A stretch of DNA of 64,000 nt from Candidatus Multivoradales bacterium. Its GTDB lineage: Bacteria > Acidobacteriota > Thermoanaerobaculia > Multivoradales > Multivoraceae. Positions 17,342 through 27,929 of the stretch are shown piece by piece; the stretch's first letter is position 1, and every line of letters starts with the position of its first letter. A model generated the notes under the pieces. It was not told the origin of the DNA. It did no database searches and saw only the letters and a program-made list of their open reading frames with translations. The position numbers and the translations under genes were made by a program. The stretch is from NCBI GenBank assembly GCA_965223325.1, contig CBDCWI010000002.1, forward strand, positions 3,840,001-3,904,000. The letters run 5' to 3'.

Positions 17342-18456
17342 GCGTCTTCTGGAGGGCCGGAGGCGGCGCGCTACACACCTGTCGGGATCGCCTGAACGGA
17401 GCGGCGGCAGTTGCCTGCACTGCCCTCCTCTTCGTTGCTGCGGGCCTGGGCGCTCAGGTAACGGTCATGTCACGTTCCCCCGAGCTCGATCGGCTGCAGT
17501 TCATGGTCGGCGAATGGGAAACAACGACCAAGGTGCAGTTGGGAGGAAAGGAACTCGACGTCGTGGGTTCGTCGGTTGCCTCCTGGAACCCGCGACACAC
17601 CTGGCTCGAGATTCGCAGTGAGATGCACTTTCCTGGGATGGAATTGCCTCTGCGCGTCGTCGAGCACGTCGCCTGGAGCTCCGAGCGAGAACGTTATGAG
17701 TGGGTCGGAGTCGACGACCAGTCCGCCCTCGTCCACCGCGGCACCGCATCGTGGAACGACGCGGGTGCGTGGGTCATGAAGGGGCACCCATTCCAGTGGC
17801 AGGACGGCAGTACCTACCGAAGCCGACGCACAATCACCAGGCAGGAAGATGGCAGCCTCCGCGAGGTCGGCGAGATGGCGGTCGACGACCGCGACTTCAT
17901 CACCAATGGGGTCACGACCAGGAGACCGCGCACGGAAGCGACGAGCGGAGTACCCGCAGAGTCTCCGGAAGTGCCAAGCGATGCGCTCGACGAGAGCCCG
18001 CTCCGGGTGCTCGACTTCTACGTCGGTCGCATCGTTCCCGCAACGCCCGATCAAGCGGGCTTCGGTAGCAACGTGATCCTCGAGCGCTCGGTGGGCGGCC
18101 GATCGATTCGCTTCCAGGGCCGCTGGGACCGCGAGGGCTTCCCGAAAGAGTTCGTCGAGGGATGGATGGCCTGGGACCCGGTCGCCGCGGTCATCAAGAT
18201 CGGCGCCGTCTTCTTCCACGGCGCCACCTTCGAGGGCTCGGTCGAAGTCCTCGATGCTGCCAAGCACGTCGTTGAACGTCGTTGGACCGGCCATTACCCG
18301 GACGGGCGCGAGGTGCGCTACCGCGAGCGCTGGACTCCCGTTTCTGCCGACGAGTTCGTATGGAAGATCGACTACTTCGAGGACGGCGAATGGCGCCATC
18401 ACCTACCCCCCGGCGCCACCACGGCTGCCATCCACCGCGTCATACGCTCGGAGTGA
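17338..18456 (+). CDS. Exported protein with two DUF1579-like beta-barrel domains
   Basis: Signal peptide; two related segments beginning PELDRLQFMVGEW and SPLRVLDFYVGR. Confidence 0.6.
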   Translation: MSVFWRAGGGALHTCRDRLNGAAAVACTALLFVAAGLGAQVTVMSRSPELDRLQFMVGEWETTTKVQLGGKELDVVGSSVASWNPRHTWLEIRSEMHFPGMELPLRVVEHVAWSSERERYEWVGVDDQSALVHRGTASWNDAGAWVMKGHPFQWQDGSTYRSRRTITRQEDGSLREVGEMAVDDRDFITNGVTTRRPRTEATSGVPAESPEVPSDALDESPLRVLDFYVGRIVPATPDQAGFGSNVILERSVGGRSIRFQGRWDREGFPKEFVEGWMAWDPVAAVIKIGAVFFHGATFEGSVEVLDAAKHVVERRWTGHYPDGREVRYRERWTPVSADEFVWKIDYFEDGEWRHHLPPGATTAAIHRVIRSE

Positions 18457-18562
18457 GGACCGGGACTACGGACTGAACGGCACAGTGCAGCGGAAGGAGC
18501 GACCGGAAGAATCGACTGGCTTGCTACGCTAAGAGGCAACAGCCTCATTGCGGAGACTCTAG

Positions 18563-20212
18563 ATGGTCGACGAAAGCGGAGCGCGCTTCCTACGATCCGG
18601 CGAATTCGTCGTAGACCGCCGGGCGCGCGAACTCCACCGGGGTGAAGACCGCGTGGCGATTCAGAACAAGCCGCTGTGCGTTCTAGAGGCACTGCTTGTC
18701 GCCGGCAACGACGTCGTGACACGTAGCGAATTGGCTGCCGTGCTGTGGCCCGGGGTGGACTATGTCGATTCTGAGAACGGTATCAACACAGCGGTGCGCA
18801 AACTGCGCGATGCCCTCGGGGATGCCGCCGACGCACCGCGATTCGTCGAGACCGTGCCACGAGTCGGCTATCGCTGGCTGGGCGCCGTAGAGGAGTCGTC
18901 TCTCGCTACCGTCTGCAGGGAGGTCACTCAAACACCGCAGGGCGTCGAGTTCCCGGTTCGGCAGTTGGCGGCCGGGTGGCGTGGCGCTGTGGCGGTTGCA
19001 GCCGTGGTTGCCGTCATGGGTCTCGTTCTGGCGTTGGCCTATGGCGGCGACGAGGCATCTCCGACGCTTCCTGAGAGCCAGGAGGCCAGGGATGCTTGGC
19101 GCGAAGCACGCTTCCTGCTCGAGGGCCCGGCGCTTGGTTCCCTACCAGCCCAGGTCGATCGTCTCGCCGAAGCCACCCGGTTACTCGAACGCGTTGTCTC
19201 GTACGACCCTGGTTTTGGCCCGGCGCACGGCCATCTCGCCCAGACCCTCGTCTTCCGTCTCTTCTCGCGGCGAGAGTGCGAGGACTGCGAGAGCAGAGTA
19301 CGGGAGGCGGTTGCGAGAACGCTCGCTCTTGATCCCGAACAACTCGAGGCCAACCTGGCCGCGGCGCAGATCGCGTTGGTGCTCGACTGGGACGCCGCGA
19401 CGGCGAGCAAGCACATCGACCTCGCACAGAGCGTCGCACCTGAGTCGGGAGAGGCATGGTTGGTACGGGCCAGCTGGCTCGCCGCCGTCGGACGGTCCCC
19501 GGAAGCCGTCGTCGCCGTCGAGCGCGCCATAGACTCTGATCCCGGCTCGAACCTGATCAGGGGCGACCTCGGCTTCTTTCTGCTGGCAGCAGACCGTCCG
19601 CAGGAAGCCCGCGTTGTGTGCGAGCGCCTTGGCGAGCTCGAGCCCTCCTTCCAGCCAGGCCTGCGCTGTCGATTGCTGGCGCATCTGGCGCTCGATCAAG
19701 ACAGCGAGGCCGAGCGGGTTGCTGCACAACTGCTGTCGAGCCTGGCCGGAGCCTCTGTGGAAAGCGAGGACGAGCACCTGGCACCACCGACAGCGCAACA
19801 GGTGCCAGCCCTCGAGCTCTACCTCGAACGCAATCTCGCGCGCGCCGAGAGCTCTGGCCGCGCACTTTCGATTGCCGGAGCTCTCGCCCTGATGGAGCGT
19901 AGAGACGAAGCGCTCGATGCCCTCGAGGAAGCCGTCGCCAATCGTGAGCTCATGCTGGCGATGCTCCCGCTCTTCGCAGAGTTTCGAACTCTGCGCTACG
20001 AACCGCGATTCCTCCGTTTGATGGATCAGATCGGCATCGTCGAGACCGCCCCGCCAGGAAAGGGCAAACGGAGCGCGGTTGACCAGAAGCACGTCGCTAG
20101 CTGGCACAGTTTGCGCCCGAGGCGGCATCGCGCCATCCTCTACCCTTGGCCCGCTGCCTCTCCATCTTCGTCGTGGACGGGAATAGAGAGTGAGCGGCTC
20201 CTCCAGATGTAG
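18563..20212 (+). CDS. CadC/ToxR-type winged-helix regulator with TM segment and TPR-like domain
   Basis: VVTRSEL...LWP, INTAVRKLRDALGD, FVETVPRVGYRW; one TM helix; helical repeats. Confidence 0.85.
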   Translation: MVDESGARFLRSGEFVVDRRARELHRGEDRVAIQNKPLCVLEALLVAGNDVVTRSELAAVLWPGVDYVDSENGINTAVRKLRDALGDAADAPRFVETVPRVGYRWLGAVEESSLATVCREVTQTPQGVEFPVRQLAAGWRGAVAVAAVVAVMGLVLALAYGGDEASPTLPESQEARDAWREARFLLEGPALGSLPAQVDRLAEATRLLERVVSYDPGFGPAHGHLAQTLVFRLFSRRECEDCESRVREAVARTLALDPEQLEANLAAAQIALVLDWDAATASKHIDLAQSVAPESGEAWLVRASWLAAVGRSPEAVVAVERAIDSDPGSNLIRGDLGFFLLAADRPQEARVVCERLGELEPSFQPGLRCRLLAHLALDQDSEAERVAAQLLSSLAGASVESEDEHLAPPTAQQVPALELYLERNLARAESSGRALSIAGALALMERRDEALDALEEAVANRELMLAMLPLFAEFRTLRYEPRFLRLMDQIGIVETAPPGKGKRSAVDQKHVASWHSLRPRRHRAILYPWPAASPSSSWTGIESERLLQM

Positions 20213-23200
20213 TAGATCGTTGGTAGGAGCAGCAAGGCTCCCAAGAATGCTGTCATCACCCCACCCACCATCGGCGCCGCGATCCGGCGCATCACGTCAG
20301 CACCAGTGCCTGTCGCCCAGAGGATCGGCAAGAGCGAACAAAACGTTGCGACCACGGTCATTGTGAGCGGCCGAACACGCCGCACGGCACCTTCGTGCAC
20401 CGCCTCGCGGAGGTGTTCCGTTGAACTCATCCGACCACGCTCTTGCCACTCCTCGTAGGCGAGGTCGAGATAGAGCAGCATCACCACGGTGCTCTCGACC
20501 GCCAGACCGGCCAGCGCGATGATGCCCACGGCAACGGCAACCGACATGTTGTATCCCAGCCACCAGAGGAGCCAGATCGAGCCGACGAGCGCAACCGGGA
20601 TGGCGCATAGGACCATCAGGGTCTTGGCCAGGGAGTGGGTGTGCAGGTAGAGGATCAACACGATGAGTCCGAGGGTCAACGGGATAATCAAGAGCAAACG
20701 CGCTCGGGCTCGCGCCAGGGATTCGAACTGGCCAGACCAATAGATCGTGTAGCCTTCTGGCAACTCGATCGCCTCGCCCACCTCCTCCTGGGCGCGGCGA
20801 ACCCAACCGCCGACATCGACCGTTGAGTCGAGATCGACGTAGACCCAGGCGTTGGGACGCGCCCCCTCAGACTTGATTCCCGGCGGCCCCTCCCGCAGTT
20901 CGAGTCGCGCCACCTGGCGAAGCGGGATCTGTCCACCTCCCGGCGTGGGCACGAGAATCTCCTGCAGTGCTGCCGGATTGTCCCGAAGCTCGCGCGGATA
21001 GCGCACGTTGATCGGATAGCGCTCCAGCCCTTCGACGGTAAAGGAGACGTTCATGCCACCCACTGCGGAACGAATCACGTCCTGAATCTCGCCCACGCCG
21101 AGACCAAACCGCGCGGCAGCTTCACGATCGACGTCGAAATCTAGATAGCTGCCTCCCATGACGCGTTCGGCGTAGGCCGAGCGAGTTCCCGGAAGCGATT
21201 TTACCGTCGCCTCGACGCCTTCAGCGAGTTGCTCGAGCAGCTCGAGATCAGGCCCGCCGATCTTGATCCCCACCGGGGTCTTGATTCCGGTCGAGAGCAT
21301 GTCGAGGCGCGTCTTGATGGGCATGGTCCAGGCATTGGTGAGGCCAGGAATCTGAATGGCTCGATCAAACTCTTGAACCAGTTTCTCGCGTGTCATCCCG
21401 GTTCGCCACTCTGATGGATCGCGCAGAACAACTGTGGTCTCGATCATCGACAGTGGCGCCGGGTCGGTTGCGGTTTCCGCTCGCCCGACCTTGCCGAAGA
21501 CGGACTCGACCTCCGGGAAGGAGCTCAAGATCTTGTCGGTCTGCTGCAGAATCTCTCTGGCTTTGGTGATCGATAGGCCGGGGAAGGTCGTGGGCATGTA
21601 CAGCACGTCACCCTCCCAAAGTGGAGGCATGAACTCGGAGCCCAGCTGGTGATAGGGCACCAGGGTCACGAGCAGTGCCGCGATCACCAGAAAGATCGCC
21701 AACCAGCGAAAACGAAGCGTCAGGGTGAGCAACGGTGTATAGAGCCAGCGCAGGACTTTCGAGATGGGATTCTCGTCCTCGCTGCGGATGTGGCCACGAA
21801 CGAACACCAGCATGAGGACAGGCACCACCGTCACTGCCAGAACCGCCGCGGCAGCCATCGCCCAGGTCTTGGTGAACGCGAGCGGGCGAAAGAGCCGCCC
21901 CTCCTGGGCTTCGAGTGTGAACACCGGAACAAAGGAGAGTGTGATGATGAGGAGGCTGAAAAACAGGGTCGGGCCGACTTCCTGAGCTGAACGCGCGATG
22001 ATCTCGCGACGGGAAGCCTGGGGACGAGAAGCGAGATGCTTGTGAGCGTTCTCGAGCATGATGATCGCCGCATCGACCAGGACACCGATCGAAATCGCAA
22101 TACCGCCGAGCGACATGATGTTGGCGCCGAGCCCCTGGGCGCGCATGATGATGAGCGCCGACAGGATGGACAACGGAATCGAGAGAATCGCCACCAGGGC
22201 TGAGCGCACGTGCAACAGGAAGACGATGCAGACGATCGACACCACCAGCATCTCTTCGAGAAGTGTGTCTGTGAGAGTGCGGACTGATCGTTCGATCAGA
22301 GTCGAGCGATCGTAGGCCACAGAGACCTCGATATCGTCAGGCAGCCCTTCCTGAAGCTCGGCGAGGCGTCGTTTGACCCCCTGGATCGTGCGACGGGTAT
22401 CGGCACCGGCGCGCACGACCACGATGCCGCCAACGGTTTCTCCTTCCCCGTTCCAGTCGGCCAAGCCGCGGCGCAACTCCGGCCCGATCGCTACGTGCGC
22501 TACGTGTTCGAGAAGGACCGGTACGCCTCCAGGCCCGGTGTCGAGCACGATCTTCTGCAGGTCCTCAATGGTCTTCACATAGCCACGACCGCGCACCATG
22601 AACTCGCGCTCGGCGATCTCCACCAAGCGACCACCAACATCGATGTTCGAACCCTGAATCGCCCGCTTGATCGTCTGCAACGTGACGCCGTAGGCGCGCA
22701 TGCGCACCGGATCGACCTCGACCTGATACTGCCGCACGAAACCGCCGATCGAGGCGACCTCAGAAACCCCCTCGACTTCGGAAAGGCCGAAGCGTAGGTA
22801 CCAGTCCTGGTAGCTGCGCAGCTCAGCGAGTGACCGCTGCTCTGAATTGAGGACATACATGAACGCCCAGCCAACGCCGGTGGCATCCGGCCCCAGCTGT
22901 GGCGTGACGCCTTCGGGCAGGCGATCGGCCAGGCCCGAGAGATACTCGAGGACCCGCGAGCGGGCCCAGTAGAGATCGGTGCCGTCCTCGAAGATGACGT
23001 ACACGAACGAGTAGCCGAAGAACGAGTATCCGCGCACCACCTTGGCAAATGGCACGGAGAGCATCTTGGAAGTGATCGGATAGGTGACCTGATCTTCGAT
23101 GACCTGCGGTGCCTGCCCGGGGAACTCGGTATAGAGAATGACCTGGGCATCCGAGAGATCGGGAATTGCATCGACGCTGGTTTCTGCGATCGAGTACACC

Positions 23201-23280
23201 CCCAGGGCGACTAGCACAACCGTGCCCAGAATCACCAACAGCGGGTTGTCGAGCGACCACCGTATGACTGCTCTTAGCAC
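20140..23280 (-). CDS. cusA: CusA-family Cu(I)/Ag(I) RND efflux pump
   Basis: DAIPDLSD, GPDATGVGW, NIMSLGGIAI; Met positions LYMP, LSMIET and WTMP match the CusA copper site; RVRP..MT. Confidence 0.93.
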   Translation of the reverse strand: MLRAVIRWSLDNPLLVILGTVVLVALGVYSIAETSVDAIPDLSDAQVILYTEFPGQAPQVIEDQVTYPITSKMLSVPFAKVVRGYSFFGYSFVYVIFEDGTDLYWARSRVLEYLSGLADRLPEGVTPQLGPDATGVGWAFMYVLNSEQRSLAELRSYQDWYLRFGLSEVEGVSEVASIGGFVRQYQVEVDPVRMRAYGVTLQTIKRAIQGSNIDVGGRLVEIAEREFMVRGRGYVKTIEDLQKIVLDTGPGGVPVLLEHVAHVAIGPELRRGLADWNGEGETVGGIVVVRAGADTRRTIQGVKRRLAELQEGLPDDIEVSVAYDRSTLIERSVRTLTDTLLEEMLVVSIVCIVFLLHVRSALVAILSIPLSILSALIIMRAQGLGANIMSLGGIAISIGVLVDAAIIMLENAHKHLASRPQASRREIIARSAQEVGPTLFFSLLIITLSFVPVFTLEAQEGRLFRPLAFTKTWAMAAAAVLAVTVVPVLMLVFVRGHIRSEDENPISKVLRWLYTPLLTLTLRFRWLAIFLVIAALLVTLVPYHQLGSEFMPPLWEGDVLYMPTTFPGLSITKAREILQQTDKILSSFPEVESVFGKVGRAETATDPAPLSMIETTVVLRDPSEWRTGMTREKLVQEFDRAIQIPGLTNAWTMPIKTRLDMLSTGIKTPVGIKIGGPDLELLEQLAEGVEATVKSLPGTRSAYAERVMGGSYLDFDVDREAAARFGLGVGEIQDVIRSAVGGMNVSFTVEGLERYPINVRYPRELRDNPAALQEILVPTPGGGQIPLRQVARLELREGPPGIKSEGARPNAWVYVDLDSTVDVGGWVRRAQEEVGEAIELPEGYTIYWSGQFESLARARARLLLIIPLTLGLIVLILYLHTHSLAKTLMVLCAIPVALVGSIWLLWWLGYNMSVAVAVGIIALAGLAVESTVVMLLYLDLAYEEWQERGRMSSTEHLREAVHEGAVRRVRPLTMTVVATFCSLLPILWATGTGADVMRRIAAPMVGGVMTAFLGALLLLPTIYYIWRSRSLSIPVHDEDGEAAGQG

Positions 23281-23294
23281 TCCGTTCTCCGGTC

Positions 23295-24725
23295 TCAGTG
23301 CTGATGACCGCTGTGATCGGTCATCGATTCCATGTCGGCCGCTTCACCGTCTGCCGCACCTTCACCCACCAGCGTCTGGATCGCAGCGCGCAGCGTCGAC
23401 TCCGAATCGAGCAGGAACTGAGACGAGGTCACTACCTCCTCCCCGCCTTCGAGTCCCGAGAGCACTTCGGTGTACTCCCCGATCTCCTGGCCGAGCACAA
23501 CCTCGCGTGGCACGAAGCCGCCGTTTCCCAGCGCCAGCACGACAACATTGCGGTGTCCCGTGCGCAGTACCGCCTGCCTGGGGACGGTGAGCGCATCCGG
23601 GATCTGGACCGGTAGGAACTCGACCGTCGCGTACATGCCCTTGCGCAGGCGAGCGCCCCGATTTGCCACTTCGATCTTGGCGCGCATCGTCCGGGTGCGC
23701 TCCGAGAGCTCGGGCTCGAGGAAGCGTACGGTGCCTTCGAAGGATTCGCCCGGGAAATAGGAAAGCGAAATCGAAGCGGGCGTTCCTTCCTTGACCCAGG
23801 CGAGCTGGTCCTCGAACAACTCAACCGACACCCACAGCCGATTGAGGTCGGCGATATGGAAGAGTTCGACGCCCGGGCTCACTGCCATTCCTTCGAGGCC
23901 CGGAGTGCGTTTCATGACCAGGCCGCTCGCAGGAGCACGCACTGTGCGGCTGCGAAACACCTGGCCGGTTCGTTCGAGCTCTTCGATCTGCTCGGCCGAG
24001 ATGTCCCAGTAGCCGAGTCGCGTGCGGGCCGACTCGACCATCGACTCGGCCCGCCGCCTGGCGTCTTCGGGCGCGCCCGCCATCTCGCGTGCGAACTCGA
24101 GGGCCGAGAGGAGCTCCTGCTCGGTCTGCACGAGCTCGGGTGAGTAGATCTCGAACAGCGGCTGGTCGCGTCGCACTTCTTCACCGACGTAGTTCACATA
24201 CACCTTCTCGACCCAGCCTGAAAACTTGGTGGTCACAGTCACCATGCGTTGCTGGTCATACTCGAGGTAGCCGACCGTCTTGATCTGGCGACTGAGATCT
24301 CTGCGACTCACGACCTCGGTGCGCACATTCAGGTTCTGCACCACGGCCGGATCGACGTGCACGACCGAGTGGTCGCCAGCCATTTCCTCTTCGGCCGAGA
24401 AGGCCGAATCCTTCTTGTTGACGTTTGCGGTGACGGGCACAAGATCCATCGAACAGATCGGACAAGTCCCGGGCTCCCGTTCGAGAATCTCCGGATGCAT
24501 GCTGCATGTGTAGAGATCGGCGGTCTCGTTGTGTTCGATGTCGAGCACAGAAGGGTCGTGGCCCGACTCTTCTTTTTCGCCACCGGGCTGAAACCCTGGC
24601 AAGAGCTGTGCGAGAAGCACGCCGGCGATCAGTCCCACCACGAGCAGCAACGCCACTACACCGAACGGAACACTGCCATTCTCGGTGGGTCTGGGGCCCG
24701 GCGAGTCGAAAAGCACGCGGTTCAT
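23295..24725 (-). CDS. cusB: CusB-family periplasmic adaptor with heavy-metal-binding domain
   Basis: YTCSMHPE...CPICSMDLVP; YSPELV..EQE; SSQFLLDSES; His-rich tail DHSGHQH. Confidence 0.9.
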   Translation of the reverse strand: MNRVLFDSPGPRPTENGSVPFGVVALLLVVGLIAGVLLAQLLPGFQPGGEKEESGHDPSVLDIEHNETADLYTCSMHPEILEREPGTCPICSMDLVPVTANVNKKDSAFSAEEEMAGDHSVVHVDPAVVQNLNVRTEVVSRRDLSRQIKTVGYLEYDQQRMVTVTTKFSGWVEKVYVNYVGEEVRRDQPLFEIYSPELVQTEQELLSALEFAREMAGAPEDARRRAESMVESARTRLGYWDISAEQIEELERTGQVFRSRTVRAPASGLVMKRTPGLEGMAVSPGVELFHIADLNRLWVSVELFEDQLAWVKEGTPASISLSYFPGESFEGTVRFLEPELSERTRTMRAKIEVANRGARLRKGMYATVEFLPVQIPDALTVPRQAVLRTGHRNVVVLALGNGGFVPREVVLGQEIGEYTEVLSGLEGGEEVVTSSQFLLDSESTLRAAIQTLVGEGAADGEAADMESMTDHSGHQH

Positions 24726-26107
24726 TGCGGTCCTCCTTCGTGCAGGGGATTGCCCGGCGATCCACCGATTGGTTCGCGGGCCTCGATGATGGGTGCGTTG
24801 TCACCGAGGTCGCGGGCAAGGTAACGGTCGAGGTGGGCGTGCACACGAGCCAGATCGGCCTGGGTGCGAGCGATCTGAATATTGACCTCGAAAAGGACCA
24901 CTTCGGCGTCGAGCAGATCGACGGCGTTGAGTTGCCCGGTTCCATAGGCGGTCTCTGCCGAACGTAGCGCTTCGGTTGCCTGCGGTCTGAGCACCGACAG
25001 CAGTAGGCGGTAGTGCTCGCGGAGCAACGGCAGGCGAGCGTGCAGATCGCCTACCGCCGAGCGAATCTGTGTCTCTTTCAATCGCCGCTCACTCTCGACC
25101 CTTGCCATCGTGGCCCGGATCTCATCTTCATTTGCAGCAAACCTTTCCTTGCGCAGGTAGAGCGGCATCGAGACCGTGAGCGCCAGGATGTCGTCACCGT
25201 TGCCTTCGGGCGGCATCAGACGTGCGGGTGCGTCGCCACGCTTCTCGACCATCGTGTAGGCGAGGCCCATGGTCATGTCCGGCCGGCGTGCCCGTTCTTC
25301 GAGCTCGAGGGCCGACCCCAGCGCGGTGAGCTCTGCATCGAGCGCCAGGAGGTCGGGACTCCGCTCGAGCGCCGTGGCGAGTCGTTGCTGGAGCGTCGGC
25401 TCCTCCGGTGCCATGTCTTCCTTCTCTATCGGAGTCGGGAGCTCGAGCCCCTCGATCGCTGCGACGGGGGCGCGATCGCGCAGCGCGTTCAGTTCGGCGA
25501 CCAGGGTCGCACTACGCTCGGTGATCTCGAGCAGGTTCGTATCGAGCCTGGTGATCTGTGCCTGGATGCGTACGATCTCCTGCTGCATCCCACGGCCGGA
25601 GGCGTAGCGCGCCTGGGCTGCAGATTCGTAGCGCTCGAGAACACGGCGCTCGCTACGCAGGAGAAGGGCGTGCCTTTCGAGAAAGGCCAGCTCGTAGAAG
25701 AGAAGACGGGTTTCTTCGATCAGGTCGAGCAAGACGGCTCGCGCCCGCTCTTTCGCCGGCTCGACCATGAGCCTGGCCGTTCGTTCGCTTAGTTCGAGTT
25801 TGCCTCCGAGGGGGAAGCGCTGCTCGACTCTTGCCTGCAGGCGTTGTGGTCCGACCCGGGTCTCGACTGGGAGTGCGAACCAGGTCGCCGACAGGGTGGG
25901 GTTTGGCCACTCGCGGGTTCCACGGGTGCGGGATTCGAGAACTGTAATGTGGCGCCGAGCATGCTCGAGCTGCAACGCGCGTTCGCGTACTTCGGCGAGG
26001 ATGCGAGTAAGCGCCGGAGGATCATCGGAGATGGGTTCGGCAGGTTCACCAGGCGCGGCGAGGGCAGCCTGGACCAGAAATAGCAAAGAGAGAATGTGAG
26101 GAGCCAT
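24722..26107 (-). CDS. TolC-family outer membrane efflux protein (CusC role); start uncertain (26107-26191)
   Basis: Signal peptide, PNP, Q.FPLGGK, Y..G...LLDA outer-membrane efflux repeats; upstream of cusB. Confidence 0.85.
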   Translation of the reverse strand: MAPHILSLLFLVQAALAAPGEPAEPISDDPPALTRILAEVRERALQLEHARRHITVLESRTRGTREWPNPTLSATWFALPVETRVGPQRLQARVEQRFPLGGKLELSERTARLMVEPAKERARAVLLDLIEETRLLFYELAFLERHALLLRSERRVLERYESAAQARYASGRGMQQEIVRIQAQITRLDTNLLEITERSATLVAELNALRDRAPVAAIEGLELPTPIEKEDMAPEEPTLQQRLATALERSPDLLALDAELTALGSALELEERARRPDMTMGLAYTMVEKRGDAPARLMPPEGNGDDILALTVSMPLYLRKERFAANEDEIRATMARVESERRLKETQIRSAVGDLHARLPLLREHYRLLLSVLRPQATEALRSAETAYGTGQLNAVDLLDAEVVLFEVNIQIARTQADLARVHAHLDRYLARDLGDNAPIIEAREPIGGSPGNPLHEGGPQ

Positions 26108-26312
26108 GAGAGTGTCCGTTCCATGGTGTTCACGGGAGTCGTTCTCTCGCATTCGCGACTGCGAATGCGCTAGCGTCTGAAGCGTTGGCACCGGTGGACC
26201 ACGCTTTCAAGACTCAAGCGAACACGGGTGGATCTCGCGCTAGAAACGCGTAAGAGGTGTGTCGGCGTCTTACGGAGGAGAAGAGGGCACAAGCCCTAAG
26301 CGCAGCGCAGGC

Positions 26313-26786
26313 TCAAATCAAGAGCAACTGATGGCGGGCAAGGCGCAGGCGGCCGCTCTCGACGTACGGTGCACTCCGGATGCCGAAGGGGGGTGAGAGA
26401 ACACTTGGCGGATTGTGGGTGAGCGGCGTTGGCGATGTTTGCAGTGCATGAACCATGGCGCCCGGGGCGGGGCGGAGGATCGGCATCTGCAGAGAGGCAT
26501 CGTTGACACTTTCCTCGCAACAGCCCGGCAACCACACCACCGTCGCTCCCGCACGAGCCGGCTGCGCGGCTTGCGCGCTCTCGGCTGGCGTTTGCGCGTG
26601 GCAGCTCGGCCCTTCGAGGGCCGGTGTGTCACCGGCAGCCAGGGATCGGTTCTCATCGACCTGCCAACCACAATGTCCGCAAAACAGCGCTGCCGCCGGC
26701 ACGACCGTAAGCACGGCGCCGAGCGTCAGGGCGAGGACGTGATCGCCGAGGTCGCGCAGCCTGAGGTTGAGAGGCGAAACGCTCAT
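26313..26786 (-). CDS. Small Cys/His-containing membrane or exported protein of the type often preceding heavy-metal RND operons
   Basis: N-terminal hydrophobic helix, CGHC, SCH, GCC, HNPP, hydrophobic C-terminus LLLI. Confidence 0.5.
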   Translation of the reverse strand: MSVSPLNLRLRDLGDHVLALTLGAVLTVVPAAALFCGHCGWQVDENRSLAAGDTPALEGPSCHAQTPAESAQAAQPARAGATVVWLPGCCEESVNDASLQMPILRPAPGAMVHALQTSPTPLTHNPPSVLSPPFGIRSAPYVESGRLRLARHQLLLI

Positions 26787-26797
26787 CGCGAGAACGA

Positions 26798-26821
26798 CTA
26801 TATCAACAGCTATATCAACAG
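26798..26821. repeat. 12-bp tandem direct repeat CTATATCAACAG x2 just upstream of the Cys-rich gene and cus operon
   Basis: ctatatcaacag-ctatatcaacag, AT-rich in a GC-rich context, 12 bp upstream of ATG 26786 (- strand). Confidence 0.85.
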
Positions 26822-27011
26822 CGCCCACGCTCGGCACAACGTGCCTCGGCTTTGGGGGGGTCGGAGCGACCATGCGGCCAGCGCTCGCTCGGCGGTGCGC
26901 AGGCTAGCTCGAGCAGCGTGGAGCGCCATCTAGCGGATAAGCGCGCGCGGCTCTCCAGGGGTCCTCGCGTGCCGCGATCGACATGGGTGACGACGAGAAC
27001 TGCCTAGCAGC

Positions 27012-27884
27012 TCAAGTGGCGAGCGACGAGAGAAGTTGAGATGCCCGGGTGAGGGCCAGTGCTGCGAATGCGGTTGCTGCGAGGAGTCCCAGGTGTGAGA
27101 CTCGGCCGGGTAGAAAACTTGCCAGGCCGTAGAGCGCAGCCGCTGAGACGAAGGTCAGGACGTCGAGCTGGGCGATCAGCGAGTCGCGCAGGTAAGCTGG
27201 CAGCAGGACGAACCAGATGAGGACCCCGGCGGCGGCGGCGAAGCCGAGGAGCTTATCGCTCGTCGACGGCTGTTTCCCCGGCCACATGAGCGCCAGTGCC
27301 AGGCCCCCTGAGGCCAGGGCCGCTGGCAGTAGGGCGGCGGTGCGGGCTGCGGAAAGGGATGGCGCGGGGCCCTTGGGCGCCTCGCTGTGGACCACCAGTT
27401 CACTATTCGAGAGGGTCGTCGTTGCGTTCTCGTCGGTCGGCGGGCGCAGCGCCAGATCGTTCCAGGCGTAGCCGGCGACCAGGACGGCGAGGAGCCCGAA
27501 GGCGATCAACACCCGGTACTCGGCGCGGGCTAGTTTCCTCCACGTCATCAGGCCGAAGAGGTCGGCCATGGTCAGCGCCGCCAGGACAACGCCGAGTGCC
27601 AGCGCCGCGGGTGGCAGCTGCAGGAGACCGAGCCCCCGAAACTGGGTCGAACCGCTGATGGTACGCGGGACCGCGAGGAGCGGAAAGAGCGCCGCCAGGC
27701 CGGTCAAGGCCATCAGTAGAGTGCCAAGGACTGCCCAGGTTCGCTGCGCTTCCTGAGTGCCTTTCGGGACTTCCGTGGGGTCGGCACTGCCGGTCGGGCC
27801 GGTTCGGTGCGAGAGCGCCCACGGCGCGCAAAGGTGCGCACCGAGGGCAATCAGGCCGAGCAGCACGATGGGGGCCAGGAGCAC
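27012..27884 (-). CDS. Hypothetical multi-pass membrane protein
   Basis: 290-aa ORF with about 8 hydrophobic segments; no recognised motif. Confidence 0.6.
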   Translation of the reverse strand: MLLAPIVLLGLIALGAHLCAPWALSHRTGPTGSADPTEVPKGTQEAQRTWAVLGTLLMALTGLAALFPLLAVPRTISGSTQFRGLGLLQLPPAALALGVVLAALTMADLFGLMTWRKLARAEYRVLIAFGLLAVLVAGYAWNDLALRPPTDENATTTLSNSELVVHSEAPKGPAPSLSAARTAALLPAALASGGLALALMWPGKQPSTSDKLLGFAAAAGVLIWFVLLPAYLRDSLIAQLDVLTFVSAAALYGLASFLPGRVSHLGLLAATAFAALALTRASQLLSSLAT

Positions 27885-27929
27885 CTGCCTATCCCCTCCG
27901 CTGGACCACGCGGAGTGCCACTCGGGCGG

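Noticed and set aside
20140-26786. Mobile metal-resistance island
   Set aside because: No integrase, transposase, flanking repeats or evident compositional shift.
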